Below the pieces are notes generated by a model. The model did no database searches and was not told where the DNA came from. It saw nothing but the letters and a program-made list of their open reading frames with translations. Below, one piece after another: positions 39,753 to 53,183 of a stretch of 64,000 nucleotides of DNA; positions within the stretch are counted from its first letter, which is position 1, and every line of letters begins with the position of its first letter. The position numbers and the translations under genes are program-made. Source of the DNA: Marsupella aquatica (Eukaryota > Plantae > Marchantiophyta); assembly GCA_973895155.1 (NCBI GenBank), contig OZ316896.1, positions 13,000,549 to 13,064,548 of the forward strand, written 5' to 3'.

Positions 39753-40632
39753 CGGCGGAGTAGGAATAGAGTAGGATTAGGACTAGCTTAGTCAGGCTCT
39801 TGGGACAGGCACCTGCCTTAGGTACAGCATCGCTGCCGTGCTGTCCAGCCTGCATAGATTAGGATCTTCTAATAAGACATAGCCGTTTCCGGCCTGACTG
39901 TCAGCTTAGTTAGGACCTTAGTCAGCGAATCTTCGGCGAGAGGACACCCCGTCCCTCGTCCTTTAGTATTTAGTGCACCCCTCGGTAGAGGCGGGGGGGG
40001 GTTTTAGTTGCAAAGTTGGGCGTCCGTGGTATGTGCGGGGAGTCCCGACCTCTGGGAATGAAAGAGTACCAAGGGGAGGGGGTAGGACTAAGCTTGCCGG
40101 GCTCCGTTGTAGTGTGCACCCTCGGCCTTGAACCTGTTCATTACGGGGCTGTTGGGTCAACTAAGTGTACGCATATGTTCCCTTTGTAGTAAAATCCTTT
40201 CCCATCATTTTTCTTCGTGTAAATCGAGATTGTATGCATGTGCGCGTGTATGTGTGTGGGTTTCTCGTATATGGGTGGCAGCGCCAGGCCGAACGCACTA
40301 CCCGAGATGTGCACAGGGTGCAGCCTGCGGGTAAGTGGTTGCGAGCATGGGTTGAGGACCTGTATCATCGAATCCGGATCGAAGGCGGACAGCACGAAGG
40401 CTTAGAAGCCCTTAAGCCGGGGTCGATCCTGCTATCGACTAAGGTACGTTTCGACGGCGGAACACAAACCATACCTAGGAGGTGTCCATATTTAGCAGTA
40501 TGCGCACTTAGCGCTAGTTTACGAGAATAAGGTGCATTACGCGCTTCCCTTCCTGCCCGAACCCTCAGATTTACGAGGGATATGCCCGTCTAAGCTGAAG
40601 TCTGAGTTAAGGCCACAGCCGATGACGTGACA

Positions 40633-42842
40633 CATGGCCCTGAGGCATTGAGGGTAGCAAACCTTCAGCAGGCAACCTGTGCACAACAGCCAACTGTAGA
40701 TGTTGAAGAACATTTATTTGTAGATGTTCCAGAGTATCCAAGTGTGGATGTTCCACAGTATCCAACTATGGATGTTCAAGAACATCCAACTATAGATGTC
40801 GAAGAACATATCAGGGCTCTACTGGAAGAAACGTTGCTGAGAACTAGTGAAGAATCCCCTGAGCATGAACTAGATGATCAGGACCGTTTTGACTTGGATT
40901 TTGTACTTGGGGATGATGAGAGTGAAGGAGGTGCCCATCCTATAAACCCCCTTGAAACCTCTGAAACTCCTATGGAGACTGATCCTGCACAGTTATCTTT
41001 AGATGCAGCAATGCAACCTTTGTTCCCAAGCAGCAAAATAGATGTTGTGTCATTCATGTTGCTTCTGCTGAACATCTGTCATGGCCATGGATTCTCAAAC
41101 AAAGGAGTGAATGCATTGTTGGCTTTGATGGGGGAGCATGGTATGCCTGCAGAGCATAATCTGCCCAAGAACTTATATGCTGCAAAGCAGCTATTGAGAA
41201 AGCTTGGCTTGGATTATGAGAGAATCCCTGTTTGTGAGAAAGGTTGCATGCTCTTTAGGGGTGAGTCTGCCAAGTTAGAAAACTGTTCAGTGTGTCAGCA
41301 GCCGAAGATGAAGAGAGTGGGGAATTCATTACAGGCAAGGAAGGTGGTGCGGTATTTCCCTATAATTCCCAGGTTGAAGAGATTGTATGCCACTGCTGGT
41401 ACATCTAAACTCATGACTTGGCATCATGAGAATAGAAGCACAGACAACATGGTTTGGCACACAGCAGATTCCAAGGCTTGGAAGCATGTGGATACAAATA
41501 TTGATAAGAAATTTGCAGCTGAACCAAGGAATGTGCGATTTGGGTTGGCACTTGATGGGGTGAATCCCTTTGGGAATAATTCCACAGCTTGGTCTACCTG
41601 GCCAATCTTGTTGTTGAATTACAATTTATCTCCTTGGCTTACCACCAAGAAGTTCTTTGTCATGCTAGCTATGCTGATTCCAAGACCTGATTCAGTAACA
41701 GAGGAACAGCTGGACATAATATTGGGCCCATTCTATGAGGAGCTGGAGCTGTTGTGGAAGAAAGGAGTGCCCTGCTTTGACAAATTGCCATGCCCAGGAT
41801 TGTCTCAACACTTCAACCTAAGGGCTGTGCTATTGTGGACAATCAATGATTACCCTGCATATGGTTTAATATCTGGACAACAACACGCTGGATACAAAGG
41901 ATGTGTCATCTGTGGGCCAAAATGTGTGGCACGTGGTTCTAAGCACTTGCAGAAATTAGAGTACAGTGGCCACCATCGATGGTTAGCAGCAAGGCATCTT
42001 TTTCGTAGACCAGACAGTGCACAATACTTTGATGGTGCAATTGAGAGTCGACCTGCACCGTGTAGAATGTCAAGCTCTGATAGAAAGAAGTGGGGAGACA
42101 AGACAACAGAATATTTGAAGAAGGGAGGAACCAAGGTTGAGGATGAGAGCTGCCCCATAAAGGTGCATGGAGTGAAGAGGGCTATTGGTCTGTACAAGTT
42201 GCCCTATTGGAACGTCAAACTCCATACTACTACAATGAATTTCTGCAATCTCTTCATATGACTTTGAAATGTGTTTACTTCCTGTAGCCCAGATTTTGTA
42301 ATTGTTGTATTCAATGCCCTAATTTCTGAATTGTGTGTCCACTGCAGGAACTACTCATTAACCATTGTCTAGATCCCATGCACTGTGAGAAGAATCTTGC
42401 ACACAACATTGTGCACACTATCATTGGGACCAAGGACACTCCTTCTGTGCGAGAAGACCTGAAGCTCTTACAGGTGCACCAACACCTATTGCTTGTACCC
42501 AATCCAGCTCCCAAGCGTAAGGATGACAAATTGTTGATGCCCCCAGCCCCATATTGCCTGAGCAAGAAGGAAAGAACAAGGTTCTTGGAGGTGTTATTGA
42601 CCTTGAAAGGGCCCACTGGTTTTTCAAGTTCTTTGGCAAAGTGTGTTACAAAATCCAAGAAACTCTCTGGGTTGAAATCACATGATTTCCACCAACTCAT
42701 GCAACAGATTCTCCCTCTGGCAACAATGGGATTACTTGATGAAGGGGTTCGCTTGGCCATAGCTGGGATGAGCAATATCTATCGCCAGATATGTACGAAG
42801 GTGTCGGACCCTTCAATGTATGAGAATTTGATGATGGATGTT
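40633..42842 (+). pseudogene. CACTA-1 TNP2-like transposase (Transposase_21 + DUF4218), truncated
   Basis: CEKGCMLF, RYFPIIPRLKR, RNVRFGLALDGVNPF, WTINDYPAYG, LDPMHCEKN, GLKSHDFH. Probable intron 42214-42347. Confidence 0.9.
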
Positions 42843-43539
42843 CACTAGTACATTTTTGCTCATTTTCTGATGCTCCCTTTGAAACATGAAACAGGCGTCC
42901 GATAGCCAGAGTTACGCAAACTTTTGTTAACAAAAGTATCGGAACTTGCGATCCCCACAGCTTCGGGAACCCAGTATCCGATTTCCAAAACATCGGACAT
43001 AATTTGCGATACTCTTAATATCGGAACATATCCGATGTCTTGACTATATCGGACCCCTCTTCTAAAATTGTTACTAAATTTCCGATCCTTGAAGTATCGC
43101 ATTTGATGTCCGATTGAGTAAATTACGGAAATATTGCGATCAAAAATGTATCACTTAGTGCTTCCGATAGGTTGGGTATCGGAAATTGTTTCCGAAGTAG
43201 TGTGTATCACAAATAAGTCCGATGCGACAAGAATCGGAAATAGAGTCCGAAAGGGTTTATATCGGATATATGTGGTTCGAGGTCAAGATTTGAACAAGGA
43301 GGTGTTCCGATGGGCTTCCGTTGTTTTAAGCATGGGAAATGGTATCGGGAATAAATGGACATGACTCAAATGCATATATTACTTAGGGATTGCAATTTGG
43401 ATTGTGTCAAGGGACTATATACAGTTGTATCCAAAATTATATCCAACCAATGAATCTTTGGGCATGTGTGAAATGACATGACAAAATGTATATGATATCC
43501 ATGAAGATAAAACATATAGGAGTTTTACCTAGGTCGCAT

Positions 43540-46500
43540 CTATTGTAATGAGGGGTCCAAATCCTCTACTACAACTACACTTGGCTTGTCTTGAACAATG
43601 GATCGTGAGCGAGGGATGTAAGGCATAACAATGGACCACTCTGGGTCATTCGGATAAGGAAGATAGAAAGATTGCTCCAAATGATGGGGAAATGCAAATG
43701 GATCTGAGGTCCTCCAATTGGAACTAATGACACTAGTTGCACTGGTCTTCAATCGTGTGAACCCACATGCATCTTCTTCACAGGTCCGATTATGGCCAAC
43801 AAGATTCATCCGAAACCATTTGCACTTGAACACCACCTCCTCCAAGGTTGTATGGGCATGATAATTTACGATAAGAATCTCCTCCATCTTCCCATAGTGG
43901 GCCACAGTTGAACGTATTGGATTCCGGTCAGAAGTGCTACTTTGTGACTCTTGGGTGAACCACCCCATCACCCCACAATCTTGTGTTGCTGCTCTCTTCA
44001 TATCAAGATGTTGGATTCTAAAATGCCTCCCCTTTGACCACATGGCTGTTCGAGTCGTGACCATGAGTAATGGACCATGAACAAGGGTGCGAATGTCATT
44101 GGTGACCTTCGGAAAGTGCAAAACACTCTCACCCTGACCCAACAAGGCATCAATCTCTGTCAACTTCTCCTTCATATATGGGAGAAACTTGGGGAAGAGG
44201 CGTGGCCGACGACTATTACTCTTCTCCTCCTCATAAAATGCAGTCCACTCCCCTGCAATCTCTGGTGAGTTATACAACATGAATGTGGTGAGTTGCAGAC
44301 GTTCAGCAGAGCCTAGTAGTCGTTCTCCCTTTGCTCCAGTGAGTCTATCCTCTTCATAATCTGCCTCTCGTGCTGACTCATCTATCCAACCCCTTGGAGC
44401 ATTTGGATCAAGTGTAGCCACAATGTTCGTACAATAGAACATACTCTCTGCTCCAAGGTGACGTTCGGCAATGCTACCTTCCACCCTAGCACGGTTTGAT
44501 ACATATGACTTCATGACTCCCATGAATCGCTCTACCCAATACATCCAACGACAATGTACTGGGCCTGCAATGGCTACTTCACGCACTAGATGTACAAGAA
44601 AATGAACTTGACCATCAAAGAAGGAAGGAGGGAGTGCTCGCTCCAACTTGCACACAACCTCCACTCCAAATACCTCCATGGCAGCAATCTCTCCCTCGTT
44701 GACCTCCTTTTGACAAACCCATCTCAACAATCTACCCAATGACCAAAGTGCATCTCGAAGATCCTCGCTGCCCAATCCAATAATAGCAACTGGAATAACG
44801 TGCTGCAATAGACGATGATAATCATGGGTCTTCAAGAAAGCTGGCCATTTTGGAGAGTCATCTCCACCAAATGCCTTGCAAAGATTGGCACCATACCATG
44901 TAGGAAACCGCATTGACCCTATCCGCTTGCGAAACTCTATTCGCCCACTCCTTGTGAAAACCCATGGGGGATGGATAGTAAGGGGAGGGTCAGGGTCCAT
45001 AGATGGCCAAAAACCATGAAGGCCATGCATCCCCATCTCCTCACAACTCTCCCTCCAATTGTTGTTTTTCTCTCCATATAGATGGCGGATCAATGACCTC
45101 CCAACATTCCCCTCAATATGCATAGGGTCCAATAGATGATTTATCGGCATGTGTTCCCAATATGGAAGTTGTGCCAATGCAGACAAACGGGTCATGCCAC
45201 ATCTAGCCAAGGGTAATGGGTCATCTGGATCAGTCACCCTCTCCCATACCTCCTTCCAATATATTGGGTCCTTCGGTACAGGCTGAGGTCTTGTGTCTGG
45301 CTGGCCCTCATCCGTGTCATACAAAAATGGATCATACCTCCAGTCATGCCCCTCAGGAAGATACTTTGTGTGACCAATGTAAACTATCTTCCGCAGGGTG
45401 GTAGACTTTGGGCGCGCCACTCCCTCCAAGTCTGGTCCACAAGTTGGGCAAGCACTTTATCCAGAAGTTTGCAAGCCAGAAATATATCCAAACCCTTCAC
45501 AAACAATGGTCACAAATTAAAACCCATTAAGTTTTGAAACCAAACCAAAGGGAAAAAAAATAAACAGAACGATATATATATATGGGTAGCTGCACAAGCC
45601 ATACTTAATTTATAAAGAGTTGGGTACCTGGAAGATCATGCATGGTCCACATAAGAATGGCTTTGAGCTGAAACTCACGGGGTAAGCCCCCTGTATGCAC
45701 TCGACCATCATAGCAATCCACTCCCCCCCAAAGTTTCTGTAGCTCCTCAATCAACGGTTGCAAGTATACATCAATCTTCTTCACTTGCTTAGGGCCAGGA
45801 ATAATCATAGATAGGAGCAAATGACACTTCTTCATGGCCATCCATGGTGGGATGTTGTAGTTAGTGAGGACTACTGGAGAAAAATACAGAGTATGGTTTG
45901 GCCTTGCCGGCCAGTGCAAATGGGCTAATGCCGTCTGATGCCAAACCAAGGCGAACATGACGAGGGTCAGTCTTGAACTCACCCCAACGCTCTTCCACAA
46001 ATCTGTTTGCAGGAGAGTCAATCATCATGCGCATGGTTGGATCCTGAGTAGTGTCTGAACGGTGTCGGGAATGCCATACCATATACTTAGCCAACTCTGC
46101 GCATCGAAACTGGTGACACAAACGAGGAATAAGGGGAAAGTACCTCATAACCTTTTGAGGTACTCTTCCTGTCAACATATCCTCACGATATCTTGGCGCG
46201 TTGCACACAGGACATGTAAGAGCATTTGAGTGCTCCTTCCTGAACAAAATACAATCATTCACACAAGCATGTATGACCTCATACTTGAGGCCTATGGACT
46301 TCAACACTTTCTTCGCCTCTTTCCATGATGCTGGCAAGTTATTCCCCTCTGGTAACATACGATCATGCAATATCCTGAAAATATCATCAAGAAGCAAGTT
46401 GCTTGCTCCATGTCTTTGCTGCAAGTTCAGTAATAACATGATTGCTGAAAGACGAGATAATCTAGACCCCTCAAAAAGATGAGTCCGTGCATGCTCTTGA

Positions 46501-46769
46501 GCCTCCTCCCACTGGTGCAAGTGTGGATTCCGTGAAGGCGTATGCCTATGAGGAGGAGGTAAGTCAATGTCCTCCCAGTCACCTGGGTCATGATCACCCC
46601 GGGGATCACCCTCATCTGCATCCATGAATTGGTGCATCAACTCATCCATAGCCCGGTCCTCATCCACTCTTTCTTGGGTAGCATTAGGTAGTTCATGTGG
46701 AATGTCCATATCCTCAAAAGGTTGACCCCCTTGCCTACCATCCATGGCCTGAAGGAGATGTTGTCGCAC
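43540..46769 (-). pseudogene. CACTA-2 TNP2-like transposase (Transposase_21, DUF4218, DUF4216)
   Basis: IHACVNDCILF, RHVRLGLASDG, YNIPPW, WTMHDLP, LDPMHIEGN, KTHDYH, RWMYWVER, FKCKWF. Frameshift at ~45880, probable intron ~45490-45627, and a stop in the CPTC exon. Confidence 0.9.
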
Positions 46770-46983
46770 AGCTCGTGATAATACCTCAATATCTGGCTGA
46801 ACAAATGCATTCTATCATACACAAAAGAAAACAATGAGAATGATATAAGTCCAGGCCTCTCAACCAACAATTGAGACATCCATATATGAATGAGTCAAAA
46901 GACTCCATAGCTCTTGAAACCAATTAGAGAATGACTCAAGTAATATTTTTATAAAAGTGAACATATACACATGTTTGTATGTG

Positions 46984-47410
46984 CTATGAAGGACGACACC
47001 GTATGGCCATCTTAGGCGCGTTCCAATCATAGTCACAAAAGAGTTCCTCACCAGCCCTAATAGTCCTAATGGCTACAGTCATAACATGGTCATCCATATG
47101 CTTCATATAGTAAGGTGGTGGCGGTGCCCCAAAAATCTGAACCCACTCTACATTTGGTTGAAGTCCTCGTCCTCTCCCTTTGGTACTATTGATATACCCA
47201 GCAATGTTATCACATCGCACAGGATCACCATCAATCATCCTACAATGCCAAGGCCTCTTGAGGACCTCATCCGGATTGGAATCCATTTGCAATGCATACA
47301 CTCCCCATGATGGTTGTTGCCGTAAAATAATGTTCCAATTCTTGGCAGTGTATATAGGGCCAATATAAGGAAATAAGTGTTCCCCATTGTCACGCGATTG
47401 ACATGGGTCT
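46984..47410 (-). pseudogene. SET-domain protein remnant carried by CACTA-2
   Basis: LFPYIGPIY...YALQM...IDGDP..NIAGYINS...NVEW...VAIRTIRAGEELFCDY, i.e. SET motifs. The N-terminal part is degraded. Confidence 0.7.
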
Positions 47411-49190
47411 TAACACCAAAAACGTCACTATGGGTGCCAAAACCATCTCCTTGTACCTGAGGATCACGAAGGGATGTTGTGAATGCCGGTAAACACCAGT
47501 TTATGCCCTTAACACCAGACTATCATAGCAAGACTCTATCACACATCACCCAAGCTCAATCCCAAGGAACCAAGGTTGGGGATCAGATCTGCGCTCATGA
47601 TAGTTCTGGTGAGAAGGGGTCTTCATATCGGGCCCGTACACACAGGGCCTAGCGCTACGGTGCGCATAGGTCTATACATATGCTTACTGTCATAGGTATG
47701 TTTCTATTCCGCCGCCGGAATGTACCCATAAACCAGTGACTCCTGACTGATTCCCGGCTTAGGGACTTCTAAGCCATTGCCCCACCACTCTGCCATTCCA
47801 CTCTCAACAATCAGAGCTATGACAGTCCTCACCCAGCCCGCTTCAATGCACCCGGTACACCTCTCAGTGGCGCTGCTAGTTCCATCATACACTCAGATTG
47901 CCTCACACACACACACATCCATGAGAGAAATGAGGCCTGAGAGGAAAACTCAATTAGATTCAAAGATGTGCACAATAGTTCACTGAGAACACTTGATCCG
48001 AACACTAGGGCCGAAGGCTGTCTCCTCCAGATTGTGACGTGCTTGCCCTGCAAGCCCCGTGCTTGCCATGCAAGCTCAATCCTGAACTCAACCTCCTTCA
48101 CTACACTTCATTCTTGGGGGCACATACAGATCTCACACCTCCAATTCAGAACGTCAAGTTACGCATGCATAGTTGACTCGACTTCAAAGCTGGTACCAGG
48201 CCTAACGGCGATCTATCCCAGACTGCAATGAGGCCCGGCCTCACGCTTGCCCTGCAAGCTCAGCTCTGGCCATAGATCCCTTAGTGCTCTCCACCAGACA
48301 AAGGCCGGGACTCCCCATGGATCACGTAGCCTTGCCAGACTGAACTGTAAATGCTCCTCCTGCTGCCCCTTAATCAGTACCTCAGCCTCCCTAATGTGCC
48401 CACCACAAATCGAATTGAAATCCTCCCCACAGTTTACAATCACCAATACATCACCTATCACCAAGGCTCTGTATCGGGGGAAAAGAACCCAGTTGTGCTG
48501 CCCACTAGAAAGAGCCACAATCCAGCTCGCAAACCTAGCAACCCGTTGTTGTGAAGCTTGGCTGATTACTCCCTGAGTAATAGCACAACCAAGCTCTCCC
48601 CAACACGCAGCGTCCAAGTCCAGCCTTGCTTGCACAGAGCTCCTCCCCGCTACTCAGTCTAAGTGAGATCACACAACTGAAGTCCCCCCCTGCCTCTACC
48701 GGAGGGATGCTCTATATACTCTCTCATACTGAGCCCAAATGGGTGGATACTATGCTGCTGGAGCCCCATCCCAGCCCTAACAGAGCCGCCACTATCTCTA
48801 ACTACTGAACCCTAACTCGCAACTTTATTTCTATCTCGAATTGGCTATGTACTTCGGATTCGGCCCTCCTCCATGGTTTTCGCGAGCTTGCGCCTCCTCT
48901 CCCGATTTCTCTATTTAACCATTTTCTGCGTGGATAGCAGCGTTGGAAGCGGCTTGAGCTCCTCTTTCCAACGAGGTCAATTATAGCCGATTTGATCAAA
49001 TACACAGAGAGTTATGCCCCCGCAACCGAGAGGGGGTACTCACTGCTGCGCTAACCCGAGTTTGGCTAACCTAGCTATCCTATCTAACCCGAGTAGAGCT
49101 AACCCGTGGTCTCGGGTTAGGCCGCTACCCGCTATCCGCTATCCTAGCCTAAGCTGAGCCCGAATCCGAGCTTACCTATGCTAACCTGAG

Positions 49191-49371
49191 GCCGCGCTGA
49201 CCTGAGCTAAGCTGAAGCCGTGTTGACCTGAGCTAAGCTGAAGCTGTGCTGACCTGAGCTAAGCTGAAGCCGTTCTTACCTGAGATAAGCTGAAGCCGTG
49301 CTTACCTAAGCTAAGCTGAAGCCGTGCTGACCTGAGCTAAGCTGAAGCCGTGCTCACATAAGCTAAGCCGT
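49191..49371. repeat. 26-bp tandem repeat (~6.5 copies)
   Basis: gctgacctgagctaagctgaagccgt reiterated head-to-tail. Confidence 0.9.
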
Positions 49372-51864
49372 GGTCGAACTTGGGTTAACCCGAAACTGAA
49401 GCCGAATCCGCTAATTCCGGCCACAAGTTAACCCGTCACACTAATCAGGCCGTATCTTTCTTAATACACCTCCGTTTCCCGAGTGTTTTATATCGATTTT
49501 ACTCGCCTTGACCAGATCTTTCCAATGCTCTTTACAGATCCGGATTTGGTGACATATTGAAAGAGATATGGTCATCGACCACCTACGACATAGCTTTTAT
49601 TTCCCTACTCTTAACGCCATGATTGCCCTTATTCTTGCCATCTTGCTAATTGTTATGCAATATCAATAGCTACTCCTTGCATACAGCAACCTACTTAATC
49701 AGATTACAAAATAAGGACCATGTCATTGGCGTCACACCCATCATAACCTCTTCGCCATGGCTTTGGATGGACCACAATGTCCTCCAAAGCAAATAACCCA
49801 AATCCTACATATATCAACACCAAGGGAAGATGACTGCACTATCCAATGACGGCCCCATATCTCTATAGGGGCATTAGTGGGTATGCCTTGAGGGATTTTG
49901 AATATCTCAGACGAGAAGTCCTTCACAAGAGGCAACGCCTTTCCAGTGAGATATGACAATCCCAACCTACCCTCCACTACCACATAACCCTCACCTGGCT
50001 TCATCATAGGTAGACCTACCAAGTTTGGGTCTTGAGACTCACGAGTGCCCAATGGTTCGTAATGTCTCCTATGCCTATGGGAGCGTGGGCCGGTGCGTAA
50101 AACCCTAGATGGAGGTACCTCCAGGTCACCATGCTCAATGTCCTCCACCCTTGCTACAGGTAGACTCCCGCCCTCACCATTGGGGCATGGGGCAGGAGGA
50201 GGGGGTGTAGATGTTGATGCAAGCATCCGTCTTGCACTAGCCAAGAATGTGTCTAGCCATAGCTCTTTAGAGATCAATGGAGGAGGGGGCCTACGGGGCA
50301 CCTATTCATTCAAAAAAAATCCAAAATTTATAAATATATGATGATAGTGGCCATGATTGTAAGTGGCAAATTATGTTTCCTTCAAAATGTGTGGGATGAG
50401 AGTATGGGGTGCATACCTGGTGAGCTGAATGTCCTGGTAAATCAGGTTGGTGTTGCCCATAATTCTCAATATGCTCAATACACTCCCAAGCTTGACGAAC
50501 CACCATTCCCTTACATCGCACACACCAACGTGGAATGGGGCCTAGAGGAGGAGGATGATGCGGCCTCAGAGGGGGGGGGGGGGAGGAATGTCCCCTCAGA
50601 AGATGACGAGTCTAAGTCAGAATCTGACTCGGAACTCCCAGAATTTGACATATGCCCATCAATGTGAAAATTAATCACATGTCAAAAATCTTTCCCACTC
50701 ATATTAAGTACCCTAAATATAATATGTCAAGATTGGAACCTAGTTTACACTAAGCGAATAATTAAAAATAATGACTGTGCATCTTACCTAAATGATATCC
50801 GCACTGAACAATGCCTACTAGGATCTTGGCCTTAGAATATATGCTAAGACAATATCCGAAATGTCTGCACAATTAAAGGAATACCATCAGAATTTATCTA
50901 TACATATGTCCCCATAGAATCATATCCACTATATATTGTGGCCATCAATGAAAAAAGTTTAGCCAAATATATACTTAAAGTGCTCACCTCCAAATGATAA
51001 AGGGAGTATATCATACCTTTCGGATGCACGGCCTATCGCGATGCATAATGCATTGCAAAAATGGACCTACAAAAATACAAACAAAGAGAACGACCCAACC
51101 CTCCGCAAAAAAATACTGCACAATACACGCACATCAGGTTAACTTTGTTTGGCCCCCAGAATTAAATCCACATACAAGGTGGACAAATTTGTCAAAACTT
51201 TTAATGTGAGTGGGTCAATGATCATACCGTTCAACCCCAAAAGTATGTTGTCGTAAGGGGGACGTTACCGCACCTATAACCGGCTTTTATTCAAGAACCC
51301 CACGTACCGCCCAAACAAAATCCGGCTACTCAACCAGGCCTACAATTACAATGCAAGTTTTCACATCAACTAAACTTACATTTCCTTACCACATCCCCAG
51401 CCCGCCCCCCCCCATTGACTAACTTATTATAAATCCATCCTTAAAGGCATAAAAAATAATGGACAAGCTAAGTCCGATCATATTGGAAGAGGGGTCCGAT
51501 ACTTTAAGCATCGCTATTTCCGATCCCATTTTCGATAGTTCAAGTATCGGATGTTCGGATTCTTAAAAAGTTGGATGGAGGGCACAATAGGGTTTGGTAC
51601 TTTTCCCGACTAAAGTACGAATGTCTTTGTATCGGGCTTGGTTTCGGATGCAACTTGGGAGGAGCTGCGGAGTGAACACAAAGTGGAGAAGCACGCATTG
51701 GAGGTCGAGGCTATGGAGGGGAATGGCACGGATGGGGGGGAGGAGACGGAGCAGCCAGGGTGGGTGGAGATGGAGCAGGGCCGTCACAGCAGATCTCGGA
51801 CATTATGGCAGAGATTTTCAAGAGGCAAGCAGGCCTGTCTGCTGAAGCTGCGGCCATAGCAGCT

Positions 51865-53183
51865 TGTAAACGATAAAAATTACATCGGCGATATTATAGT
51901 TTTTTTGAGGTTTAGAAGTGTCAACTAGAGGTCAACCAAGAGTATTTAGGAAGTAGTAAGCAAGGACCAGCGGTTATTCATTTTGTTGAGATGACAGAAA
52001 GGCTGGAAGTAGGGGAGGCGACGATCATCTCGATTAACGGTCGTGTAGGAGTCGAGTTCTGCTATGAAGGCTGCGATGGCCTACTAGCAGATGGCAGAGT
52101 ATGTGCCTTAGGCACAAGAGCTTGACAAAAAAGGCAAGGGGGGGCGGATATAGGAACCCCCGTTAGCAGGAATCGGTTAGCTCATGAGTGTAAGTCGCTA
52201 GGCGAAGGAGTGCCTATGTTCATGTTCACTATTCGGATCAAAGAAGGAAGCTGTCGTGTATGGGATGCGGCGGGGCAACAATTGTTCGAAATGAAGGGCG
52301 AAGAGTTCCGCCAATGATTCACCACCGGCGAGGCCATCGAAGAACTCTGTAGAAAGGTCATGCGGAACAAATGGAATCTGCTGCTAAGACGGGATAACAG
52401 CCATGATCAGCGGATTACATGGCGATTAATCACCGCCGAACAAGTAATTGTGGCCGGCAAACCGAGCAACCCCAAGGAAGATGACAGAAGTTAGGAGGTC
52501 GAGGCACATATGGCAAGATTAACAATCGGGAGTCCGGAAGCTTCCGGATCAGGCGCAACCGAAGGGAATCGAGGAGGCCGTTGCACAGTTCAGTAACCAG
52601 GAAGACAGAACTTCTTGACATAGTAATCAGCAGTTCTTGGCTTCCACTCATCGTTCTGGTAAGCATTAGTTAGCGTTCTTGATGAACGAGCGAAGGAGAT
52701 CAAAGAGGAGGCGCGAGTCGTCCAACTGTAATCGGCGCACCCCAAGAAGTAGTAGAGGCCTCGGCGAAGACGGACGCGAGGCATAGGTATTTAGAGGCTA
52801 TGGAGCGCTAGGCGCTCTGTCACTTTTTGCTAGAAGTCTGGGGCAAGGTAGGGCTCCGCTCACCTTAGGAATGCCAGCAATTTTGTAATAGTGTCCCTAC
52901 TCAGTTGAGTAGTCTTTGAGTATAAAGAGAGAGTTTGGAATGAATGCAATAGAGTGAAGTCCGCACTTGAGCAGTGAATGAGAACGTCGAATCAGAGAGA
53001 GAGAGAGAGAGAGAAGGAATTTGCTTTATGCAGCAAGTCGTTACTCGTTAATCGCAACGATGAATGAATATCGTCTCATTGCGAACCAGAACCTTACGGG
53101 CCAGCGCCTCAAGGTATAGGTTGAACAGATAGCTAGTGAGAAGCGGTGTCTGGTTGGAGATAGTGTGTTTTGAGGGCGATACA
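51865..53183 (+). repeat. Gypsy 5' LTR (~1.32 kb)
   Basis: Starts TGTAAACG and matches 63381+ (about 12-13 differences in 620 bp by manual count). Probable end CGATACA at 53183, followed by TGG. Confidence 0.8.
51991..52494 (+). pseudogene. LTR-encoded RPA1 DBD-C-like OB-fold ORF (168 codons, two in-frame TGA)
   Basis: MTERLEVGEATIISINGRVGVEFCYEGC..VC..*...HEC..PMFMFTIRIKEGSCRVWDAAGQQLFEM..*..EELCRKVMRNKWNLLLRR..DQRITWRLITAEQV. TGA at 52123 and 52315; the second is CGA in the 3' LTR. Confidence 0.6.

Larger units (their letters stand above)
36655..40632 (+). mobile_element. Insert B: 3978-bp gene-bearing unit with integrase-type ends (putative giant solo-LTR)
   Basis: Starts TGTGACG, ends GACGTGACA. 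TSD CATGG at 36650-36654 and 40633-40637. No paired LTRs, no gag/pol. Confidence 0.85.
26219..42842 (+). mobile_element. CACTA/En-Spm element 1 (3' end truncated by CACTA-2)
   Basis: Copia sequence switches abruptly to dense AATGAC/GTCATT subterminal motifs, with a degenerate terminus CATGGAAGAAAA at 26219. A TNP2-type transposase lies downstream. The left boundary and the continuity of the element across 31-35 kb are inferred. Confidence 0.65.
42843..51864 (-). mobile_element. CACTA/En-Spm element 2 (opposite orientation; far end not seen)
   Basis: CACTAGTACA terminus at 42843 cuts the CACTA-1 transposase. TCCGAT/ATCGGA subterminal motifs at 42860-43350 recur at ~51470-51650. Confidence 0.8.

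Noticed and set aside
49191-49371. CRISPR-like appearance of the 26-bp (and the 82-bp) repeats
   Set aside because: Head-to-tail repeats without unique spacers, no cas genes, eukaryotic context.
52123-52131. Programmed readthrough of the LTR-ORF TGA
   Set aside because: The context TGA-CAA-AAA/TGA-CAG-AAA does not match the CARYYA signal; a mutation predating insertion is simpler.
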